A DNA stretch of 55,805 nucleotides from Nitrospinaceae bacterium (GTDB lineage Bacteria; Nitrospinota; Nitrospinia; Nitrospinales; VA-1): contig JAJDAV010000039.1 in the NCBI GenBank assembly GCA_029261695.1, positions 1-55,805 of the forward strand, written 5' to 3'. The position numbers and the translations under genes were made by a program. Below the pieces are notes generated by a model. The model did no database searches, was not told the DNA's origin, and worked only from the letters and a program-made list of their open reading frames with translations. Positions 48,261-55,805 of the stretch are shown one piece after another; the stretch's first letter is position 1; each line of letters starts with the position of its first letter.

Positions 48261-49652
48261 ATGAGCTCCATTCTGGTAGTTGATGATGAAAAGAGCCTTA
48301 GAGATTTCCTCGCTATTATGCTTGAGGAAGTAGGCTATAAAGTATTTACGGCCCACAATGCAGAAAGTGCTGTAAAACTAATTAAAGAGAATATTTTTGA
48401 CTTGATCCTTACTGATATTCGGATGGGCAAGTCAAGTGGGATAAGTGTTCTTGAAAACGCTCAAAAAATCCTTCCCGATACACCCGTAGTTATGATGACT
48501 GCATATGCCAGCGCTGAAACAGCTGTTGATGCTATGAAGAAGGGTGCCTACGACTATATATCAAAGCCTTTTAAAATTGAAGATGTCCAACTAATAGTCA
48601 AAAACGCGATTGAGAAAAGAAAGCTTGCAGAGGAAAATAGATTCCTGAAAACGGCATTGAACGATCGCTTTAAAATTTCCAATATTGTTGGGAAATCTCC
48701 CACATTTCAGAAAATTTTTGATTTGATTGAAAAAGTTTCGCGGAGCAACGCCACTGTCTTGATACATGGTGAAAGTGGGACGGGAAAAGAAATCATAGCA
48801 AAGGCCATTCATTTTAATGGGAATAGAAAAAATTATCCCTTCGTGTCAGTTAATTGCGGTGCATTGCCGGAAAATCTGCTTGAAAGTGAATTGTTCGGTC
48901 ACGAAAAGGGATCGTTTACTAGTGCTGATTCGCTAAAGCTGGGTTTGATGGAGTCCGCAAATAAGGGTACGTTTTTTCTTGATGAAATTGGGGAAGCTCC
49001 TCTTTCTATTCAGGTAAAATTACTCAGGGTATTGCAGGAAAATGAGATATTAAGACTTGGGGGAACAGAAACAATTCCGGTAGATTTGAGAATCATTGCT
49101 GCATCAAATCGTAACCTGAGCAGTTTGGTCGCCGATAAAGATTTTAGAGAAGATCTCTATTATAGATTAAATGTAATACCAATATTCTTACCGCCATTAC
49201 GAGAGCGTAAAGAGGATATACCTGAGTTAGTTGATTTCTTTATAAAAAAATACAACTCCAAACACGGTAAAACCATTATTAAAGGAGTTGAGCCAGAGGC
49301 TATGCGGTTGTTTGAAAATTATTCATGGCCTGGAAACGTCAGGGAATTAGAGAATGTTATAGAAAGAGCCGTAGTTTTAGAAACGGGTGAAACTATTCAA
49401 AAGTCCAGCATCCCAGAAGAAATAATTGGCAGAATGCCAGCGGGACAAATTCAAGTTCCAAACTTGGATGCGGAAAAGATTGACCTCGAAAGAACTCTTG
49501 AACAAATTGAAAAGACAATGCTATCCAACGCTCTGGTTCAATCGGACGGCATAATAAATAAAGCGGCAAAACAATTGAACCTTAGCTTTAGATCAATGCG
49601 GTATCGAATTCAAAAGCATCAATTAAAGGGAAAGTCCAAAGATAACGAATAA
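48261..49652 (+). CDS. Sigma-54-dependent response regulator (NtrC family, PilR-like)
   Basis: Receiver domain, GESGTGKE, GSFTSA (GAFTGA variant), WPGNVREL, HTH SFRSMRYR. Confidence 0.92.
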   Translation: MSSILVVDDEKSLRDFLAIMLEEVGYKVFTAHNAESAVKLIKENIFDLILTDIRMGKSSGISVLENAQKILPDTPVVMMTAYASAETAVDAMKKGAYDYISKPFKIEDVQLIVKNAIEKRKLAEENRFLKTALNDRFKISNIVGKSPTFQKIFDLIEKVSRSNATVLIHGESGTGKEIIAKAIHFNGNRKNYPFVSVNCGALPENLLESELFGHEKGSFTSADSLKLGLMESANKGTFFLDEIGEAPLSIQVKLLRVLQENEILRLGGTETIPVDLRIIAASNRNLSSLVADKDFREDLYYRLNVIPIFLPPLRERKEDIPELVDFFIKKYNSKHGKTIIKGVEPEAMRLFENYSWPGNVRELENVIERAVVLETGETIQKSSIPEEIIGRMPAGQIQVPNLDAEKIDLERTLEQIEKTMLSNALVQSDGIINKAAKQLNLSFRSMRYRIQKHQLKGKSKDNE

Positions 49653-51706
49653 TGTTTACTTTCAAATTTAAAAATCAAGATCACTGGTTAAGGCTTGCCA
49701 TAAAAAACGGAGTAGTAATTTTCATACTATTAATAAATTTAATAGTGACGCCAAGGACCTGGGCAGAATCTGATAATTATGATACCACTCAAGAAAAAAA
49801 ATATGAAAACTCCAAAGAGGTTTATGGCGATCCTTTTATGCAGGCCGAACACTTGTATCATTCAGGGCAGTTTTTAAAGGCCAAGCCTTTTTATCATGAA
49901 TACTTAGAAAAAAATCAAAAAGGTTTAAGGAAACACAATGCGCTTTTTCGCCTTGGATTAATTGATCAGAGCGCAAAATCGTTTTCTACTGCATTGCGTT
50001 TTTATAAAATTATTTTAAATTCCCATCCAAACACCGCACTCACCTACGATATAAAGTTTAATATGGCCGTCTGCAATTATGAGCTTGGAAACATAGATGC
50101 GTCTGAACAACTATTTAAAGGTGTTATCCGCCAATCCCCTGAAAAAAAGAAAAAGTGGAGAGCTTTATATTATCTTTCAAAATTGGATGAGCGGAGGTTG
50201 AGTTTTGAAGATGCGATTCAAAAGTTAAAAAAAGTTTATACGCAGGGTGATGATAAGGAGATGAGTATGCGAGCTTTAAAGCTCGCTGAAATAATGATAA
50301 ATGAGAAATTGGATGAGATGGCTCTTATTTCATTAATTCAAAAATACCGAAATGGTTTTCCTGTCGATCTTCTTTTGTTGAAGAAGCTTTCTGTATACAG
50401 AGAACGAGGTGAGATTGAACGCTACAAAGCAACGCTGAAAGAATTTTTGTATGTTTTTCCTAAACATGCAAAGGCAGAAAATTTAAGGAAGGATCTTGAA
50501 AGTATTAGCAAAGGTAGCGAAACCAGAGTTGAAGTTGGTGTGGTTTTGCCATTGACCGGAAAACTTGCTGCAACCGGCCAAAAAGTTTTACAGGGAATTC
50601 AACTTGCCTACAGCCAACTTCCAGAATCTTCGAGGAAGATGATCTTTATAAATGTAAAAGACTCATCAGGGACAAATGATATCGCAGATATTATTAGTTC
50701 TTTAGGGAGAAACCCAAAAACAGTTGCTGTTATTGGGCCTTTGTTAACCGAAGAAGTTAAACGTTCAGGCGAAGCTGCTAGTAAATTTAAGATTCCTATT
50801 TTTTCTCCCACTGCATCCTCAGCTGGATTGGTGGAAGAGAATCCTTATATATTTCGAAATGCATTAACCCGAAAAATACAAGCCAGGTTTTTAGCCGAAT
50901 ATTCTATAAATACTCTTAAGTTGAAAAGGTTTGTGATTTTATACCCAAGGGAGCCTTTTGGTGAAGAGCTTAAAGAAGAGTTTTTAACCGCTGTTGAAGG
51001 CTTTGGTGGGGAGGTCGTTGGAATATCTAGTTACGATCGATCGCAAACGGATTTCAAAAAACAGATTCTTGAATTGGGTGGTATTGCAGATGATGATCTT
51101 GACAGTATTACAAGAAAACAAATGCTAGATAGTGAAAAGGAAATGGATTTTAGTGACTCAACAGTATTATCAAGACCGAAGGTTGATATGGAGCACTGGT
51201 CTGAAGATGAAATTGAAAACCTTAAGGTCTCACTTGAATTGGGATACGATGCAATATTCATCCCGGGTGTGTATGACAAGGTGGGATTAATTATTCCGCA
51301 ATTGGCTTTTTACAATATTGAAAATATTGCTCTGTTGGGTACGAATGGATGGAATTCCCCCGAGCTAATAAAAATGGGAGGCAAATTTTTAAAATCTATT
51401 TATTTTGTTGATGGGTTTTATTCTGATTCTCGTCAGATGAAAGTTAAAGAATTTGTAAAGCAATTTCAGAATAATTATGGAGAGCTTCCCTCTCAACTTT
51501 CTGGTCAAGCATTTGATGCTGCTGGAATAATTTTTGAAAGTATTGTTTCTGGGGCAAATAACCGATTGAGGCTGAGAGATAGTCTGATCAAAGTGAAAAA
51601 CTATCCGGGAGTAACGGGGAAGACAAATATTATGGCATCCGGGGATTCAGAAAAACGTATCTTTGCCTTGACTGTAAAGAAAAAGAAGATTGTTGAAGAA
51701 AACTAA
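49652..51706 (+). CDS. LpoA/LppC-like penicillin-binding protein activator (TPR + periplasmic-binding fold)
   Basis: N-terminal TPRs; VGVVLPLTG...GIQLA; VIGPLL; FVDGF; YPGVTG; faces mrcA. Confidence 0.75.
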   Translation: MFTFKFKNQDHWLRLAIKNGVVIFILLINLIVTPRTWAESDNYDTTQEKKYENSKEVYGDPFMQAEHLYHSGQFLKAKPFYHEYLEKNQKGLRKHNALFRLGLIDQSAKSFSTALRFYKIILNSHPNTALTYDIKFNMAVCNYELGNIDASEQLFKGVIRQSPEKKKKWRALYYLSKLDERRLSFEDAIQKLKKVYTQGDDKEMSMRALKLAEIMINEKLDEMALISLIQKYRNGFPVDLLLLKKLSVYRERGEIERYKATLKEFLYVFPKHAKAENLRKDLESISKGSETRVEVGVVLPLTGKLAATGQKVLQGIQLAYSQLPESSRKMIFINVKDSSGTNDIADIISSLGRNPKTVAVIGPLLTEEVKRSGEAASKFKIPIFSPTASSAGLVEENPYIFRNALTRKIQARFLAEYSINTLKLKRFVILYPREPFGEELKEEFLTAVEGFGGEVVGISSYDRSQTDFKKQILELGGIADDDLDSITRKQMLDSEKEMDFSDSTVLSRPKVDMEHWSEDEIENLKVSLELGYDAIFIPGVYDKVGLIIPQLAFYNIENIALLGTNGWNSPELIKMGGKFLKSIYFVDGFYSDSRQMKVKEFVKQFQNNYGELPSQLSGQAFDAAGIIFESIVSGANNRLRLRDSLIKVKNYPGVTGKTNIMASGDSEKRIFALTVKKKKIVEEN

Positions 51707-54108
51707 TTTTGAAACTCTTCATCCAGAACTTGTGATAAAAAAGGTTGCTCCTTTTCGGGTAAATAATCTTGCAGAAAAATTTCAAAAGTTGACTCTGTAT
51801 CCCCGAACTTAGCCGGTTCTCCAGAGTCAGGTAATACTTTAAGAAATTGGATGTCACTAGGAACAGGAAAGTTTATTATTGGTTTGTTTGCTAAAGCCTC
51901 TTGCATGAATTGTAACCAAATCGGAATCGCAGCCCGTGAACCAGTTTCGTTTCTTCCTAATGGCTCATCCTTGTCTTTCCCCACCCAGACCCCGGTGACC
52001 AATTCCGGTGTGTAACCCATAAACCAAGCATCCACATAATTATTTGTGGTTCCTGTTTTTCCAGCAACGGGTCTTTTCAGGGCTTTTACTTTTGTGGCGG
52101 TCCCATTTTGAATGACGCTTTCCATAAGGCTGGTGACAATATGTGCTGTTCCTGGTGAAATGGGCTGAGTTATTTCTGGTACTGATGTGAACACTACTTC
52201 CCCGCTTCGATTTTTAATATTTCGAATAGCGGTGGGTTTAATCAGTCTTCCCATATTGGCAAAAGCGGAATAGGCAGAGGTCAATTCGTAAAGAGTTGTA
52301 CCCGACGATCCTAATGAAATTGATAAATTCTCTTCTAAGTTTGAAGTGATTCCCAAACTTCTAGCTAGACTTATTGAACTTTTAATTCCAATTTTTTGCA
52401 TTAGTTTGACGGTTACAACATTTCTGGAATGAGCTAAGGCTTCTCTTAATGAAGTGGGGCCATAAAATTTTTGTTCAAAATTCACAGGTTTCCATTTATC
52501 GAAAGCATCTTCTTTTTCTTTGAAAATTATTGGGGAATCAATAATTATACTTGATGGCGAGAAACCCTCGTTTATTGCAGCAGCGTAAATAATGGGTTTG
52601 AATGCCGAGCCTGGTTGGCGGATTGCTTGAACAGATCTGTTGAATTGGCTTTTATTAAAGTCATAACCGCCGATCATAGCTTTGACATGTCCGGTTAATG
52701 GGCCGAGACTAATGAGTGCTGCTTCAACTTCAGGCTCTTGCTCCAGGGCAAGTGACCAGCCGGAGCCATTTTGTTTTCTGCCAAGTACTTTAACCATGAT
52801 CAGGTCGCCAGCAGCAATGGCATTGCCAGGCTTTCTAATTTTTGCCCATCGCCCATCAATATTTGGATTGGGTTCTCTGGCCCAATTCATATCTTTGATG
52901 TCTAGATAACCATCCTCAGCACCCAAAATAATCCATGCCTGAGTTTCCCCTACAGACATAACAGTTCCGCTAATGACGCTACCAACTTTTATTTCTTCAT
53001 TCTCAGTAAAACCATTTTGTCTAATCATTGCATTTTGAACAGCTATTTCGCCTCTTGATGTGTCCACTGTCCCAAGGGAACCACGATAGCCATATCTTTT
53101 GTCGGCAATAAGTAAATTCTTTTTTATTGCACGTTGTGCTGACTCCTGCATATCCATATCTAGAGTTGTGTAAACTTTTAGGCCTGCTCGATAAAGTTTG
53201 CTACTTCCAAATTTTTCTTCGAGAATCCGCCTGACATGTTCAACAAAATAGGGTGCTTTATTGAGCATTTTCTCAACTTCCCCAAGGTGGAAGTCTTCTT
53301 CAATAGCTAGCTTGGCTTGTTCCCGATTTATAAACGAGACATCCGCCATTCGTCTAATTACATGGTTCCTTCTTTTTCGTGCTTTCTTGGGATTTCTATA
53401 GGGAGAATAATTATTAGGAGCTTTCGGTAGGCTGGCAATCATGGCACATTCTGCAATGGTAAGATCTTTGACGCTCTTTCCAAAATAGTTTCGGGAGGCT
53501 GCTTCTACTCCATATGTACCATGGCCGTAATAAATTTGATTGAGATACAATTCAAGAATTTCATCTTTTGAGAAAACTAGTTCCAAACGCACTGCCAAAA
53601 TTGCTTCCTTAATTTTTCTTGGTAGAGTCTTTTCTCTGGACAGGAACATTGTTTTGGTCAATTGCTGAGTTATTGTGCTTCCTCCTTCGACCACATGTCC
53701 TGCTTTCATATTGGTTATAAATGCCCTGAAAATTGCTTTAGGATCAATTCCAAAATGGTAGTAAAAATTTGAATCTTCAACAGCAAGCGTGGCTTGTTTT
53801 AAGGCGAGTGGAATATCTTCCAAGTCCATAACGATTCTTTTTTCGATATAGAATTCTGCGATTTTCTCATCATTGTGTGAGTAAACCTGAGTGATCGTAC
53901 TGGGTTGATGATTTTTTAACGTACGAACATCGGGTAGGTCTTTCGAAAAATGGAAATAAATAAACCCTGCGCCTATAAACCCTGCTGTCACACATATGAG
54001 AAAAATAGTTAAAAAAGAAGCCAATAATATTTTTTTAAATTTTGACTTCTCTTTAGTTTTCTTTTTGCGGGTTTTTCCTGGGTTCTTTTTTTTGGGTGTG
54101 TCTTGCAT
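51703..54108 (-). CDS. mrcA: Penicillin-binding protein 1A
   Basis: TG motifs EDSNFYYH, GGSTITQQ, RKIKE; TP motifs SAFK, SRN, KTGT. Confidence 0.96.
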   Translation of the reverse strand: MQDTPKKKNPGKTRKKKTKEKSKFKKILLASFLTIFLICVTAGFIGAGFIYFHFSKDLPDVRTLKNHQPSTITQVYSHNDEKIAEFYIEKRIVMDLEDIPLALKQATLAVEDSNFYYHFGIDPKAIFRAFITNMKAGHVVEGGSTITQQLTKTMFLSREKTLPRKIKEAILAVRLELVFSKDEILELYLNQIYYGHGTYGVEAASRNYFGKSVKDLTIAECAMIASLPKAPNNYSPYRNPKKARKRRNHVIRRMADVSFINREQAKLAIEEDFHLGEVEKMLNKAPYFVEHVRRILEEKFGSSKLYRAGLKVYTTLDMDMQESAQRAIKKNLLIADKRYGYRGSLGTVDTSRGEIAVQNAMIRQNGFTENEEIKVGSVISGTVMSVGETQAWIILGAEDGYLDIKDMNWAREPNPNIDGRWAKIRKPGNAIAAGDLIMVKVLGRKQNGSGWSLALEQEPEVEAALISLGPLTGHVKAMIGGYDFNKSQFNRSVQAIRQPGSAFKPIIYAAAINEGFSPSSIIIDSPIIFKEKEDAFDKWKPVNFEQKFYGPTSLREALAHSRNVVTVKLMQKIGIKSSISLARSLGITSNLEENLSISLGSSGTTLYELTSAYSAFANMGRLIKPTAIRNIKNRSGEVVFTSVPEITQPISPGTAHIVTSLMESVIQNGTATKVKALKRPVAGKTGTTNNYVDAWFMGYTPELVTGVWVGKDKDEPLGRNETGSRAAIPIWLQFMQEALANKPIINFPVPSDIQFLKVLPDSGEPAKFGDTESTFEIFLQDYLPEKEQPFLSQVLDEEFQN

Positions 54109-54149
54109 TTAAAGAGAGTTTACCTTTGGCAGGAACAGGCTAAATTAAA

Positions 54150-54578
54150 CTAAGAGTTTTTAGGGGGAAGACGGCCTTCTTCAAGATCGAGAAGGTCCAC
54201 CCAAGTGGTTACATCTGCACGCGAAGGATCGATTCTATCTCTAATTTCCTTAAAATATTGTAGACGGTCTTCTGAATCTGGTTTTCTTTGCAGTATTTGC
54301 TCATTGATAAAACTAATTTCGCTGGGTGACTTGGATTTTGTAATATTTTCTGCCCAACTGGTTATTTCATCATCACTTTTTTCTTTGACCATGTTTGCAA
54401 AAATACCTGCCTCAATCCGTAAAAAGTTCAGGATGATTTTATCGAGGGGGCAGGGGTAAATATAATCAGCAAGATTATTAGTATTGTATGCTCGTCCTTT
54501 GTCAATCATTCGTCCAAGTTGAACCAAACCTGCTATTTTATTCTTTGGACTGCGTGGAAATGCTCTTGATAGATCCAT
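54150..54578 (-). CDS. DUF5069-like protein
   Basis: DL...PRSP...GLVQLGRMIDK...YIYPCPLD...DLLDLEE, recognised from memory of the family. Confidence 0.78.
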   Translation of the reverse strand: MDLSRAFPRSPKNKIAGLVQLGRMIDKGRAYNTNNLADYIYPCPLDKIILNFLRIEAGIFANMVKEKSDDEITSWAENITKSKSPSEISFINEQILQRKPDSEDRLQYFKEIRDRIDPSRADVTTWVDLLDLEEGRLPPKNS

Positions 54579-54581
54579 AAA

Positions 54582-55076
54582 TTAGTCAAGCCGCATGCGG
54601 CTTACACCTCGGAAGTTTTTGGATTTTTTAATGGCCTTGGTTCCCACATCTCCAATTCTATTTCGAAAAAGGTCGAGAGTGGTCAAATTTGTCAATGTTT
54701 CAGATTCAGCCAAATATGTAGCTCCTATTTCGCCGATTCGATTAAATTTAAGTATTAAATGCTCTAGCTTGGCGATTTTTGGTGAATCTGCCAAATATTT
54801 TGCGCCGACCTCTGTAATGTTGTTGGATTTTAAGTTTAAGGTCTTTAAATTATCAATATATGGGGAATTACATAATATATTTACTCCCGCATCACTAATA
54901 CCATTTTCGCCCAAGTCCAGGCAAATGACCTCAGATAATATTTCCATATTGGCTAATTTGGTGACTCCTTCGTCACCAAGTTTGCGGTTTTCTAGGAAAA
55001 GACTGGATCCAGCCACGCCTTTTTCAATTTTATCAGATACCAGTTTTTCAATATCTATGGATAAACTTTCTGCCAT
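54582..55076 (-). CDS. Leucine-rich repeat protein (RI-like)
   Basis: About five 27-aa LxLxxNxIxxxGxxxL repeats. Confidence 0.9.
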   Translation of the reverse strand: MAESLSIDIEKLVSDKIEKGVAGSSLFLENRKLGDEGVTKLANMEILSEVICLDLGENGISDAGVNILCNSPYIDNLKTLNLKSNNITEVGAKYLADSPKIAKLEHLILKFNRIGEIGATYLAESETLTNLTTLDLFRNRIGDVGTKAIKKSKNFRGVSRMRLD

Positions 55077-55287
55077 AAATTACTATTCGCTTTCAAAAGT
55101 TCATAGTTTACAAAGTGTTTATAGATTAACAATATAGACTGAATAGGTTTCGGGGTCAAACTTTACCTTGGTCAGGTTTGAAAGCTCAAAATTTAGTTTG
55201 GCTTAAGCAGGTGGCTTTAAACCCCTGTCAATTCGGTGTTTATTTTGTTAGACTTACTGGATAATACAGCATTTAGGAGATAGGCTT

Positions 55288-55698
55288 ATGATGGGAATTG
55301 GTTTTCCAGAATTGATGGTTATTTTGATCATTATTATGATTATTTTTGGTGCCGGAAAACTTCCGGAAATTGGATCTGCATTTGGACGAAGCATTAAAAA
55401 TTTCAAGGGTTCTATGAAAGAGGCCGAAGCTGAAGACCTTCCCATAGAAGGTAGCTCAGATACCCCGGAGACTGAAGTCAAAAGTGAAAATACTGCAGAA
55501 ACCAAAAAAAGCGATGCTGCCAAGAAAGAAGAAGAGCTGATTGATGAAGCTGCAAATGAAATTAAGGAAAATAGAATTGGCACCATCCGAACCGCTCACG
55601 ATGGATTAGTGCAGCAAGGGGATGTGTTTACAAGTTCGCTTGGCCGAACTCCTGGAGGTCGTGGTCGAGACCGTGGAGTTTCGAGAGATAATTTTTAA
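55288..55698 (+). CDS. tatA: Twin-arginine translocase TatA/E subunit with long C-terminal tail
   Basis: GIGFPELMVILIIIMIIFGAGKLPEIGSAFGRSIKNFK; SD AGGAG. Confidence 0.92.
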   Translation: MMGIGFPELMVILIIIMIIFGAGKLPEIGSAFGRSIKNFKGSMKEAEAEDLPIEGSSDTPETEVKSENTAETKKSDAAKKEEELIDEAANEIKENRIGTIRTAHDGLVQQGDVFTSSLGRTPGGRGRDRGVSRDNF

Positions 55699-55805
55699 CA
55701 GGAATCTCTCTTTTTTCACTCCAATATTTCGTTGGATTTAATATTTGCCGTTTTAAATGACATAATCGATCCAAGGATTAACCCAACGGCCACCCAGGTC
55801 AATTG

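Noticed and set aside
54595-55137. 180-aa plus-strand ORF
   Set aside because: Antisense shadow of the LRR gene with no recognisable motifs.
1-55805. CRISPR arrays, IS elements, prophage, rRNA/tRNA genes, defence systems
   Set aside because: No spaced direct repeats, transposase, integrase or phage ORFs, or RNA-gene signatures were seen. Intergenic gaps are short.

Overview
AT-rich (roughly 38% GC by eye), gene-dense bacterial chromosomal window, mostly housekeeping genes. I found no rRNA, tRNA, CRISPR array or mobile element. It is a Gram-negative LPS producer (lptCAB); gene style suggests a Nitrospinota- or deltaproteobacteria-like organism, which is an unverified inference. In order: two GT4 glycosyltransferases; msrAB; a YejABEF-like peptide ABC transporter followed by a lipoprotein hydrolase; a PflX-like radical SAM enzyme; ispG-tig-Rieske; metK; nnr-tsaE-lptCAB-rpoN-hpf-ptsN-ptsI; two paralogous unknown genes flanking a glutathione peroxidase; a eukaryote-type UDP-glucose pyrophosphorylase; a standalone secreted Gly-rich protein; uppP; alaC-hom-thrC-FGE-trxB-kinase; clpB; pgi-tal-glk-argG; a PilR-like regulator and LpoA-like protein facing PBP1A; DUF5069; an LRR protein; tatA. 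Best leads: (1) a ~200-nt three-domain structured leader ahead of an unknown secreted protein (31050-31774); (2) a four-way-junction RNA candidate upstream of ispG (13233-13342); (3) an unannotated 30-aa membrane peptide with its own promoter (1849-1941); (4) a sigma-54 motif upstream of the rpoN operon itself; (5) the unknown paralog pair around gpx. All RNA structures were paired by hand and are not computed folds.
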